A stretch of 64,000 nt of DNA from Candidatus Thalassarchaeaceae archaeon (lineage in GTDB: Archaea; Thermoplasmatota; Poseidoniia; Poseidoniales; Thalassarchaeaceae). Positions 8,575 through 17,611 of this stretch are shown here, piece by piece (within the stretch, counting starts at the first letter, position 1; each line of letters opens with the position of its first letter). Under the pieces are notes generated by a model that saw nothing but the letters and a program-made list of their open reading frames with translations, searched no databases and was not told where the DNA came from. A program made the position numbers and the translations under genes. The stretch spans positions 2,103-66,102 of the forward strand of contig JBJLBJ010000026.1 of the NCBI GenBank assembly GCA_045568235.1. The letters run 5' to 3'.

Positions 8575-8976
8575 TCATTCTTTTGGCCATTTTTTTGATA
8601 GTGCTTTACGTAATGAATCATCTAAGATGGCATCCCACCAATTTGCACCCCTCCAAATTGCATATCTACCTCTAATACCTCTCATGTCTGCACCATCTAG
8701 CCTAGCTCCTTGTAAATTTGATAATCCTAATTTTGCTTTCAGAAGCCTAGCCCCTCTGAGGTCAGCGCCATCCAAAGCGGCTTTCATCAAATTTGTACCC
8801 TGAAGGGAAGCATTTCTGAGATCAGAACCAGATAGATTAGCTCCTTCCATATCTGAGTTATCAAATACAGCTCTCTTTAAATTAGCATTTGGTAATTCCA
8901 CATTCCGCAAGTCCTTCCCAATATGAGAACTAAATGACCAATCTTCAGGCTCTTCTTCCATGTTAGTAACAACCAT
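8575..8976 (-). CDS. pentapeptide-repeat protein
   Basis: 133 aa with a continuous A(D/N)LxX periodicity: ANLKRAVFDNSDMEGANLSGSDLRNASLQGTNLMKAALDGADLRGARLLKAKLGLSNLQGARLDGADMRG. Confidence 0.85.
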   Translation of the reverse strand: MVVTNMEEEPEDWSFSSHIGKDLRNVELPNANLKRAVFDNSDMEGANLSGSDLRNASLQGTNLMKAALDGADLRGARLLKAKLGLSNLQGARLDGADMRGIRGRYAIWRGANWWDAILDDSLRKALSKKWPKE

Positions 8977-9040
8977 TAGTTGTTATTACATAAAGTTAGG
9001 TTTTTTTTAAATTAATTTAATCAAAATCCGTGAAATTAAA

Positions 9041-9823
9041 ATGAGTCCTACCCAAGGGCTCGCTATGGATGATGAGACTAGCGGCGGATATCCTTTGGTT
9101 TTACATTCAGGAGCAGATTCTTCAAAATTAGGAGGAGTTGCAATATGTGGATTTTCTACAGTAGGCTCTGTTGGAGTTATTGCTGCTTCACATCTTATCA
9201 GATCTTTAAATCTAGAACCAATGGGTACTGTAATGCATCCTAAGTTTCCAGCTATAGCCTTAATTCATGATTCTGTCCCAAAACATCCTGTAAGAGTATA
9301 TCAAGGCGATGGAATAGGAGTATTTACAGCAGAAATTCAATTCCCAAGTGAAAATGATGTTTACTTTGGCCAGACCGTTTTAGAATGGTTTACCAAAGGA
9401 GGATTTAGTAAACTAATCGTGATAGATGGAGTAGTAAGTAATGATCTAGGAATAAAAGAAGAAAGTGATTTATGGAGTGTATCTTCAACAGGAGAAGGCA
9501 GAGATAGACTTGATGATGCCAATATTCAAAGGATTCAACAAGGCGTTGTATCGGGTATTGCTGGTTATTTAATAGCAGAAGGTGAAAGACGAAATTTCGA
9601 TATTACAGCACTATTATCGGAATGTAATCCAGTATATCCGGATGCAAGAGCAGCATTAATTGCAATTGAAGGACTTAGTGAATTACTAGATATGGAAATC
9701 CCAGTTAATGATTTATTAGAAGATGCACGTAAAATAGAAGACAAAGTTCGTGAGGCATTTGAAAGAGCACAATCTATAGCACTTCCCGCGCCTGATGATG
9801 ATGATGAACTTCCAATGTACTAA
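9041..9823 (+). CDS. PAC2-family proteasome assembly chaperone-like protein (COG1938)
   Basis: 260 aa. The block AICGFSTVGSVGVIAASHLI ... FPAIALI ... VRVY and an acidic C-terminal tail are typical of archaeal PAC2/PbaA-B-like proteins. Confidence 0.7.
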   Translation: MSPTQGLAMDDETSGGYPLVLHSGADSSKLGGVAICGFSTVGSVGVIAASHLIRSLNLEPMGTVMHPKFPAIALIHDSVPKHPVRVYQGDGIGVFTAEIQFPSENDVYFGQTVLEWFTKGGFSKLIVIDGVVSNDLGIKEESDLWSVSSTGEGRDRLDDANIQRIQQGVVSGIAGYLIAEGERRNFDITALLSECNPVYPDARAALIAIEGLSELLDMEIPVNDLLEDARKIEDKVREAFERAQSIALPAPDDDDELPMY

Positions 9824-10384
9824 TTAGTAGAATGGATTTGTACCTGCAGCATGATCAGTAACATCAATGACTTCCGTTATTCCTGGAACTTTTTCCTTTA
9901 TCATGACTTCAACGCCCTGTTTTAGTGTTACATCAGCCATACCACAACCTTGACAGCCCCCTCCAAAGGAAATTATTGCCTTACTATCATCAACGCCCAC
10001 CAAATCTACATGGCCTCCATGTGATGCTACAGCTGGGTTAACTTCATTGGCAATTATTTCGGCTACTGCTTGAGATAATTCATCCATCCATAACGGATTA
10101 GGATTATCAAAACTAAAACCACCACCCATTAAAGTTTCTTTGTAATCTATAGTTGTACCTTCAAGGTATATTTTACTTTTTGAATCAACTAGAACAGCCA
10201 TTCCATCAATTTCTAGAGCAATATCGTCTTTTTTTTCTTCACTTTTATTGACTAGTTGTAAATCATATTGAAATCCTTTAGGACCTCTACCGATTATCTC
10301 TATTCTCAATAAAAGATCATTATCATCTGCATCTTCTGCAAATTTATCAAGCATTTCACGTGCCTTTGAACTAATGGACAGCAT
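9824..10384 (-). CDS. NfuA-like Fe-S cluster carrier (degenerate IscA/HesB-like N-domain plus Nfu C-domain)
   Basis: 186 aa. The C-terminal domain reads VNPAVASHGGHVDLVGVDD...FGGGCQGCGMADVTLKQGVE (CxxC Nfu signature). Confidence 0.8.
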   Translation of the reverse strand: MLSISSKAREMLDKFAEDADDNDLLLRIEIIGRGPKGFQYDLQLVNKSEEKKDDIALEIDGMAVLVDSKSKIYLEGTTIDYKETLMGGGFSFDNPNPLWMDELSQAVAEIIANEVNPAVASHGGHVDLVGVDDSKAIISFGGGCQGCGMADVTLKQGVEVMIKEKVPGITEVIDVTDHAAGTNPFY

Positions 10385-10431
10385 CTTTCTCGATATATCG
10401 TAAGAGGTCGTCTTTATTCAATCTGTCCAAT

Positions 10432-11469
10432 ATGAGTAACCCTAATCACCTGTTGCTTAACGCATATGCTATGGTATCCGACAAGTATGATCGTCAATTA
10501 CGAGATCTACGTATTTCGGTTACCGATAGGTGTAATTTTAGATGCAGATATTGTATGCCAAGAGAAAAATTTGGTTCTGATCATTCATTCATGCCCAAGA
10601 GAGCCTTTCTTTCTTTTGATGAAATAGAAAAAGTTGTAAAGTCATGTAAGGAATTGGGACTCCAAAAAGTTAGAATTACAGGTGGTGAGCCATTATTACG
10701 TCCAAACATTCCAGATTTAGTAAAAAAACTTTCAAAATTAGATTTAGATATTGCATTAACTACGAATGCTTCTTTATTACGTAAACATGCAAAAGAACTT
10801 TCCGAAGCAGGACTTAACAGAGTTACAGTTAGTTTAGATGCATTAGATCAAGAAATACATTCCAAAATGACTGATAGTAATACTTCAGTAGATACAATAT
10901 TGGATGGTATTGATGCAGCAATTGAATTCGGTCTGACTCCAGTTAAGGTAAATTGTGTAGTCCAAAAAGGAGTTAATGAATCAGAAGTAAAAAAGTTAGT
11001 AGACCATTTTCGTAATACAGAAGTTATTGTTCGTTTTATAGAATATATGGATGTTGGTAGAACAAATGGTTGGATGTTAGGGCAAGTAATCTCTTCATCA
11101 GATATAATCAATTATTTACAGAAGTATTTTGATCTAAATCCTCTAGATCCAGAATCCTCTAGTGATGTTGCGAAGCGATGGGCTCATTCAGATGGTTCTG
11201 GAGAGATAGGAGTTATTTCATCAGTTTCATCTCCTTTTTGTGGGGATTGTGTTCGCGCACGTTTATCAGCAAATGGTTATTTACATACTTGTTTATTTGC
11301 TTCGGGAGGACATGATCTACGTGCAATAATACATAATAGTGAAGAAATACAAACCCTTACAGATGCCATAAGAGCTATTTGGACAAGAAGGGATGATAGA
11401 TATAGTGAATTACGTTCTAGTGATAATTCAGCGTTACCCAGAATCGAGATGTCTTATATTGGCGGTTAA
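10432..11469 (+). CDS. moaA: GTP 3',8-cyclase MoaA (radical SAM, molybdopterin biosynthesis)
   Basis: 345 aa. LRISVTDRCNFRCRYCMP (CxxxCxxC), RITGGEPLLR and the C-terminal FCGDCVRARLSANGYLHTCLF second-cluster region are all present. Confidence 0.9.
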   Translation: MSNPNHLLLNAYAMVSDKYDRQLRDLRISVTDRCNFRCRYCMPREKFGSDHSFMPKRAFLSFDEIEKVVKSCKELGLQKVRITGGEPLLRPNIPDLVKKLSKLDLDIALTTNASLLRKHAKELSEAGLNRVTVSLDALDQEIHSKMTDSNTSVDTILDGIDAAIEFGLTPVKVNCVVQKGVNESEVKKLVDHFRNTEVIVRFIEYMDVGRTNGWMLGQVISSSDIINYLQKYFDLNPLDPESSSDVAKRWAHSDGSGEIGVISSVSSPFCGDCVRARLSANGYLHTCLFASGGHDLRAIIHNSEEIQTLTDAIRAIWTRRDDRYSELRSSDNSALPRIEMSYIGG

Positions 11470-12788
11470 GTGTCCAAGGCTAATTTAACTATCAAATCCC
11501 ACGGAGCATCAGTTCTGATTGATGGTTTTCTACCATAATTTGTCAAACTAGCACAATAACCAGAATCCATTATTCCCTTAACCAATTTCTTAGGACTTGG
11601 CGGAGACCCTATTTTCAGCCAACTTGATAGAGAATCAACAAGAATATGATGTGGAGTTTCAATCGCATTTGCTTCATTAGCTAAATTCTTAACACTTTTA
11701 ACAATCCTTCTTTTTTCATATTCAAAATCTTTTTCTGTCCATGATAATATATCATCCTTTATTGCATTAGGAGCACACATTTCCAATACTCTTTCTTCTG
11801 TCATAAATTGTAAAACTTCTTTCTTGCCCATATTTTTTATCCACATTGGCCCAGAAATTCGCTCGTCTTTCCTATTTATCGGATAAACAAATGGTAAAAA
11901 ACAATGTATTGGCATTACATCTAAACTAGTTTTTGGATGAAGGCCGGATTCTATTGATGCCAAAATTTCTTCGCGCGTCGGAGAATATACCCTCCATCCT
12001 AAAGATTCTTCAATTTTATTAGCACCTTCGATACTTCTAATTACTCTTACTGAAACTCTAAGATGATGAGAATCCCAAATTGATATTAACGGCTCTATTC
12101 TTCTTTCATGCTTCGATGCCGCCCTTCCCACGGTAGCCAGTAGAACTCTTAATGCAGAATCATGGGCCAAACCATCATTTCTTACTCTTGCACCATATCT
12201 TCTTAGAAGTGGATTTTTCGAAGATCCTGTTAATGCAGCAGTATCCGTAGCACTAACTTCTAAGATTCCTTTACGTGCTATTGATTGAACTGCCGCATCA
12301 AGAAAAGGAATCGGAGATCCATAAGGATCTATATCTACCCAATGCCATCCTTGATTTAGTATTGCAGATCTCAAATCACCATTTATGGCTTTTAATTCTC
12401 CTTTAAAATGAACTGGCGAAAACTCCTCATGTGTCTTTAATGCTAAATTAAGAGCAAATTGATTCATATCAATTATTGTAGCCCGAATTCTTTTTGCACT
12501 GTCTTGAGGTAATTCGTTCAACCACCTTCTTGCTCTTAAACCGGTAGCAGACAATCCATCAACAGCATATATTGGGCCATTTCCCAATAATTCGTTTTCA
12601 ATTGCATACTGCATTAGTAGTACACTTCTTGTCCTACTTCTACTCATTGCAGGATTGTAGAAAACAGGATTTTCACCCTTTATCGCCGGGCCTATCTTAT
12701 TCTCATCGGGGTCAGAAAATAATCTCATCAGAGTTTTACCTTCTCTATGTAGAACATCAGGCCATTCTTCCACAGACTTATCTACCAC
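11466..12788 (-). CDS. trm1: tRNA (guanine26-N2)-dimethyltransferase Trm1
   Basis: 440 aa. VFYNPAMSRSRTRSV, DGLSATGLRARRW and IDPYGSPIPFLDAA are the conserved TRM1-family blocks. Confidence 0.85.
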   Translation of the reverse strand: MVDKSVEEWPDVLHREGKTLMRLFSDPDENKIGPAIKGENPVFYNPAMSRSRTRSVLLMQYAIENELLGNGPIYAVDGLSATGLRARRWLNELPQDSAKRIRATIIDMNQFALNLALKTHEEFSPVHFKGELKAINGDLRSAILNQGWHWVDIDPYGSPIPFLDAAVQSIARKGILEVSATDTAALTGSSKNPLLRRYGARVRNDGLAHDSALRVLLATVGRAASKHERRIEPLISIWDSHHLRVSVRVIRSIEGANKIEESLGWRVYSPTREEILASIESGLHPKTSLDVMPIHCFLPFVYPINRKDERISGPMWIKNMGKKEVLQFMTEERVLEMCAPNAIKDDILSWTEKDFEYEKRRIVKSVKNLANEANAIETPHHILVDSLSSWLKIGSPPSPKKLVKGIMDSGYCASLTNYGRKPSIRTDAPWDLIVKLALDT

Positions 12789-12831
12789 ATTATCACGTAT
12801 ATATTAATGCCCATGTAAATAGTATCTAACT

Positions 12832-13959
12832 TCAATAGTGCTCAAATATAACGCTACTATCAATATGAGTTACTTTTCTGCCATTGTCATTTACTGAACC
12901 TACAATTTTTGTTCCTGGTAGTCTTTCATCTAACCAATCCACTATCTTATCAGCATTTTCTGAAGAAACTGCAAGAACCATTCCCATGCCCATATTAAAT
13001 GTTCTATGCATTTCCCGGTTATTTATTACTCCAATTTCTGCAATCCAATTGAATTCAGGATGTATTGGTAAAGGATTAGATATTTCCCATCCCAATGTAT
13101 TATGTAATCTAAGAAGATTAGACAAACCCCCTCCAGTAATATGAGCCAAAGCTTTCAATTCAGAAATTCCACATGGCCCTCTTTCTTCTCTACAGGATAT
13201 TATCAAATCAATAATGGGATCAACATATATTCTTGTCGGGTTAAGAAGAACTTCTCCAAGCACAATATCTTCGGTATGTTCGGGAAAACGTTCGATTATT
13301 CTCCCTTCATGTTTTGGATTAAATGGCACAATATCATTTAAGGATAGGCCAGACCTTTGTAAAACAGCCCTTACTAATGTGTATCCATTTGAATGAATAC
13401 CACTGCTTGGAAGGCCAATTAAGACATCTCCCGATTCTAAATTTTCACCAGTTATCGCTTCACCTTTTGGAAACCAACCCAATGCTGTACCTGACAAGTC
13501 TAATTCATTTACGATTCCTGGTAATGTGGCAGTTTCGCCACCTGCTAATGTTATTCTAGCCCTTTTGCAAGCTTCGGAAAGAGAAGAACCTAACTTTGCA
13601 TGAACATCTGGATTAGTTTCTGGAACAGCTATATAGTCAACAAATGCTATTGGTTCAGCACCTACACATAGTAAATCATTTACATTCATTGCGACACAAT
13701 CTATGCCAACACTCTCCCATCTTCCAATTTCATTAGCCAGTTGAAGTTTTGACCCTACTCCATCAGTAGCAAGTACCAATCGAGAATCTCCAAATTCTAT
13801 TATTCCACCAAAACCTCCCGGTAAATGAACAGGAGCGCCTTTTTGACCACTTTTCCTAGTCGACTCACTCAATGCATTAATTAAACTAGAAACAGCCTTT
13901 CCTTCTGCATCGATATCAACTCCACTGGAAGAATAATCCATCGGCTCTTCTGATTTCAT
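12832..13959 (-). CDS. purM: phosphoribosylformylglycinamidine cyclo-ligase (AIR synthetase) PurM
   Basis: 375 aa. YSSSGVDIDAEGKAV, LATDGVGSKLQLA, DCVAMNVNDLLCVGAEP and GGETA are classic PurM motifs. Confidence 0.9.
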   Translation of the reverse strand: MKSEEPMDYSSSGVDIDAEGKAVSSLINALSESTRKSGQKGAPVHLPGGFGGIIEFGDSRLVLATDGVGSKLQLANEIGRWESVGIDCVAMNVNDLLCVGAEPIAFVDYIAVPETNPDVHAKLGSSLSEACKRARITLAGGETATLPGIVNELDLSGTALGWFPKGEAITGENLESGDVLIGLPSSGIHSNGYTLVRAVLQRSGLSLNDIVPFNPKHEGRIIERFPEHTEDIVLGEVLLNPTRIYVDPIIDLIISCREERGPCGISELKALAHITGGGLSNLLRLHNTLGWEISNPLPIHPEFNWIAEIGVINNREMHRTFNMGMGMVLAVSSENADKIVDWLDERLPGTKIVGSVNDNGRKVTHIDSSVIFEHY

Positions 13960-14280
13960 ATTTGGCCGATATATTGGTACAATTTCATCTTCTCGGTTAA
14001 CAATATATCTAGATGTTCATAATATTATAAATCCAAGTATCAAAAAGATGAGTAATATTAATGTTGATCAAGAAAGATAAATTAGTACACTATCAAAACA
14101 GGTAATAATAATTATATCAAAATTTATTAATTTAAATAATTTATTTACATCAATTTTTTTAAAAATTCTTATTTTTATAGTATTACGGAGTCTTTTATGT
14201 TCATACTATATAAAATAAATAAACAATAGAGTCTATAAGTGTTACACTTTCTCGTAGAAACCCGGAGTGTGTGTATCACA

Positions 14281-17200
14281 ATGAATAATAGAAAAATAAT
14301 AGCAATGATGATGACTACCAGTATGCTTGCAGCAGCATTTGCAGGATGCCTTGGTGGAGATGACGATGATGAAGAATGGGCACTAACAGTAGCAAGTGAT
14401 GTTGATAGTGTTATAGTAACTACAGATTGGGATGCAATTTTGGGTTCAATAGCTACTAACAGCTTTGACACATGTGATGCCATAATTTCATCTGTAACCA
14501 TAACAGATGAGCGTAATGAAAACAGTGATTTCACTACTGCTTATTATTCTAGTACTCAAGGAGTAATTGCAGGACCTGGTGTTGCTGCAATTAGTGATGT
14601 ATCAGAACTAAACGTTGCAGGTACAAAAATAATAGTACAATCAGGAACAACTTCTGATCTTTATGCTGCTAGTGATCTTCCATTGGCGACCGTTGTCGCT
14701 TTTGCTGATTTCGACTCAGTATTTACTGGTTTAGAAAATGGGGATGGTCACTATGCTCTTGGAGATGCACCTGTTCTAGCTCTACAATCAACTCTATTGA
14801 CTACATTCTCTCCAGAAAATTTTGGAATTGTAGTTGCTGATGATTCAGATAATGAATTAGAAGATGCATTAAATGTTGCAATTGCTGCAATAATTGCATC
14901 TGGAGAATATGATGCACATCTTGAAGCATGGTTCCCAGGAACATCAGGAACATTAGAGGATACAACAACTGCTGCTACAGCAACCGCTTATCCTATGCCT
15001 ACTGAAGGAAGTGCGCTAACAACTGTTCTAGAATCAGGAAACTTAAGATTCTGTTCTGATACTACATATCCTCCATTCGAGAACTTAAATGCTGCTGGAA
15101 TTGCGGAAGGATTCTCTGTGGACATTGCTGATGCTTTGGCAGATGAGATTGCAGAACACTATGCAAATATCGCAGATACAACTGTATTGGGATGCACAGA
15201 TTCTCAATCTTCTGCTTACGACGCTAATGCTAATCTAGATGATGGTTCTTGTGGAGACAGAGTCAAAATAGGATTCCTATTAGACCAAACCTCTCCTGCC
15301 ATTTCTTCATATGCATCTAATTTCATGGCAGCTGCTCAAATTGCAATAAACGATCTAAATGATGATGGTGGATATTTCGAGTTAGTTGCTGCTGATACAG
15401 CATGTAATACTGCAACTGCTGGCCAGTCTGCTGCCGTCTTAGCAGCTTCTGGAGTAATAGGAGTAGCAGGAGCAGCATGTTCCGGTGCTTCTATTGGTGC
15501 AAACAATGTACTAGGGCCACTAGGTATTCCAATGGTATCTTATGCAAGTACCGCTCCATCACTTAGTGATAATAACATCCATCAAAATTTTTGGAGAGTA
15601 GTTCCAAGTGATGCTGGACAAGGACCTGCAATGACTGGTATGATTATAGCAGTTGCTATGCAAAACGGATTACCAGATATGGCAACAGCAATGGCAGCAA
15701 TGAACCCTGCTCTTCTTCACATGTCAAATGATTACGGTGTTGGATTAGGAGGAGCATTCAATGCTTCATGGCAAGCAGCTGGTGGAAATTTGTGTATGTC
15801 ACTTCCTTATGACCAAGAAGATGCTACTACTGATTACGCTGCACTTGTAGGACAAGTAGTCTCAGCAGGCTGTGGATCTGTTGTCATGGCATCATATGCA
15901 GCAGATGGTGCTGCTATCATGGAAGCACTAAGAACAGTATCTGCTATACCTGCGTTTGGTGGTGATGGAATAGCCTCAGAAGATTGGTCCACGCCTATAG
16001 TGGGAGACGGAGATGAACAAACAGGTAACTTCGCAGATGTAAGAAATGCTAATTTGGTATTTGCTACAAAACCAATTGCAACAGCAGGCAGCGGATCATT
16101 TGCAGATGATTGTGCTGCATCAACAGATTGTGCAGGTGGAATTTATACTTCAGAAACTTATGATGCAATCACCATCATAGGTAAAGCATACAATATGGAA
16201 TCCGGTGCTAATATGGCTACTCATATCGGTATGGTTGGAATGAACTATGCAGGTGCATCAGGTACAATTAATTTTGATGCAAATGGAGATATTCCAGCTG
16301 AAAATGGTTATGATATATGTGTCCATGCAATCGTCTCTTCTACAGATACATACCTAAATTGTCAATGGTTCTACACAACTGCTGGCGGAGTAGAAGAATA
16401 TGTATTTAGTGGAACAACAGTAAAGTTAGGTTTCTTACTTGATTTAACTTCTGGTGCTGTATCTCCATATGCTGCAGGATTCGTAGCAGCAAGAGAAATT
16501 GCACTTGCAGTAATGAATGCAGCAGGATACAGTAACGGCCTACAGTTCGAAATGGTTGTACAAGATACTGCTTGTTCAAACGCAGGTGGAGTAGCTGCTG
16601 CTACTGCACTTTCCCAAGCAGGAGTAGTAGGAGTAGTAGGAGCTGCATGTTCCGGTGCTTCAACAGGCGCTAATTCTGTATTAGGACCTCTAGGTATCCC
16701 AATGATTTCCTATGCAAGTACTAGCCCTCAATTGAATTCTGATGGTGCAAATGCTAATTTCTGGAGAGTAGTTCCAAGTGACGCTCTACAGGGTCAAGCA
16801 TTAGCATCTGCGATAACTGCAGGATCTAACCCTGCTATCTTGATGATGTCTAATGATTACGGTACGGGACTTGGTTCTGCAGTCAATGCTTCATGGCATG
16901 CAGCTGGCGAATCAAGCTGTTTCACAGCCCCTATTTCATATGATAACACAGATTTCGATGGTGCTGCAATCGCACAACAAGTTTTTGATGCAGGTTGCGA
17001 CAGTGTTGTGCTAGCATCATATGCTGCCGATGGTGCACAGTTGATCACAGATCTTCAGACTGCAGGATTTGACGGTGCATATTATGGTGGTGACGGAGTA
17101 TCTGATACAGAATTCGATGCCCCAGAAGGTATGGTTACTACTAAACCAGGTGTAGCATCTAATCCTTCAGAGAGAGCTCTGGCCTTCCAAGCACTTTGTT

Positions 17201-17508
17201 CAGCATCTCCTGAATGTTCGGGAGCTGGAAATGCAACAGCAATATACACTGCTGAGGTATTCGATGCAATGATTGTTATGGGTTACTCTATATTTGCTCA
17301 AGCAGGAAGCCCTTCAGTTCCATTGACAAGTATGATCCAAGTTGTTGGACAAGGCTTCGTTGGTGCTACAGGTGACATTACCTTCCTAGCAAATGGAGAT
17401 GTTCCTGGAAATGGCTATGAAGTATGTACTTTCGATAGTTCTAGTTTACTTACTTGTGACAGAGAATGGACTGCTACAGGCGGATTAGCTGACGTAGCAC
17501 AGTCATAA
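14281..17508 (+). CDS. giant ABC substrate-binding lipoprotein: permuted type-3 SBP module plus two tandem LivJ-like (Peripla_BP_6) modules
   Basis: The ORF is open from GTG 14239, but ATG 14281 gives MNNRKIIAMMMTTSMLAAAFAGC (signal plus lipobox Cys). Residues about 60-230 are SBP_bac_3-like (TDWDAIL..., ITDERNENSDFTTAYY). Two modules start VKIGFLLDQ and VKLGFLLDL, each with GV(V/A)GAACSGAS.GAN.VLGPLGIPM(V/I)SYAST and NFWRVVPSD. Confidence 0.85.
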   Translation: MNNRKIIAMMMTTSMLAAAFAGCLGGDDDDEEWALTVASDVDSVIVTTDWDAILGSIATNSFDTCDAIISSVTITDERNENSDFTTAYYSSTQGVIAGPGVAAISDVSELNVAGTKIIVQSGTTSDLYAASDLPLATVVAFADFDSVFTGLENGDGHYALGDAPVLALQSTLLTTFSPENFGIVVADDSDNELEDALNVAIAAIIASGEYDAHLEAWFPGTSGTLEDTTTAATATAYPMPTEGSALTTVLESGNLRFCSDTTYPPFENLNAAGIAEGFSVDIADALADEIAEHYANIADTTVLGCTDSQSSAYDANANLDDGSCGDRVKIGFLLDQTSPAISSYASNFMAAAQIAINDLNDDGGYFELVAADTACNTATAGQSAAVLAASGVIGVAGAACSGASIGANNVLGPLGIPMVSYASTAPSLSDNNIHQNFWRVVPSDAGQGPAMTGMIIAVAMQNGLPDMATAMAAMNPALLHMSNDYGVGLGGAFNASWQAAGGNLCMSLPYDQEDATTDYAALVGQVVSAGCGSVVMASYAADGAAIMEALRTVSAIPAFGGDGIASEDWSTPIVGDGDEQTGNFADVRNANLVFATKPIATAGSGSFADDCAASTDCAGGIYTSETYDAITIIGKAYNMESGANMATHIGMVGMNYAGASGTINFDANGDIPAENGYDICVHAIVSSTDTYLNCQWFYTTAGGVEEYVFSGTTVKLGFLLDLTSGAVSPYAAGFVAAREIALAVMNAAGYSNGLQFEMVVQDTACSNAGGVAAATALSQAGVVGVVGAACSGASTGANSVLGPLGIPMISYASTSPQLNSDGANANFWRVVPSDALQGQALASAITAGSNPAILMMSNDYGTGLGSAVNASWHAAGESSCFTAPISYDNTDFDGAAIAQQVFDAGCDSVVLASYAADGAQLITDLQTAGFDGAYYGGDGVSDTEFDAPEGMVTTKPGVASNPSERALAFQALCSASPECSGAGNATAIYTAEVFDAMIVMGYSIFAQAGSPSVPLTSMIQVVGQGFVGATGDITFLANGDVPGNGYEVCTFDSSSLLTCDREWTATGGLADVAQS
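15262..17490 (+). repeat. intragenic tandem duplication of a ~360-aa LivJ-like module (15262-16340 and 16420-17490)
   Basis: The best-conserved stretches (about 15461-15625 versus 16631-16795) remain visibly similar at the DNA level, e.g. gcatgttccggtgcttc...ccaatg.t.tc.tatgcaagtac and ttggagagtagttccaagtga.gct. Confidence 0.75.
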
Positions 17509-17547
17509 ATTTTTGAAAACTAGTTTACTTCAAAGATTTACATAAAG

Positions 17548-17578
17548 CACCACGGGGGGGAAAATCCCCGCCGTGGTG
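17548..17578 (+). terminator. GC-rich intercistronic stem-loop followed by a T6 tract, between the SBP gene and the permease gene
   Basis: caccacggggggg-aaaa-tccccgccgtggtg forms a stem of about 13-14 bp with one mismatch. It is the most GC-rich short element I noticed in this AT-rich window. T6 lies at 17594-17599, and a GGTGA SD plus ATG follow at 17612. Confidence 0.45.
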
Positions 17579-17611
17579 TCTTCTAACTCAATATTTTTTG
17601 GTGACTAGATA

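Noticed and set aside
8534-8803. 89-aa plus-strand ORF antisense to the pentapeptide-repeat gene
   Set aside because: It mirrors the periodic repeat on the opposite strand (repetitive LAP/SAP sequence). The minus-strand pentapeptide protein is clearly the real gene.
9041-9823. C-terminal HbYX proteasome-docking motif on the PAC2-like protein
   Set aside because: The protein ends ...ELPMY, with Tyr as the last residue. A true HbYX motif needs one more residue after Tyr, so the motif is not claimed.
12572-13559. Several plus-strand ORFs (12572..12829, 12884..13144, 13141..13341, 13214..13396, 13323..13559) opposite trm1 and purM
   Set aside because: These are antisense to genes with unmistakable Trm1 and PurM motifs. 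They have low-complexity, stop-poor frames typical of AT-rich antisense strands.
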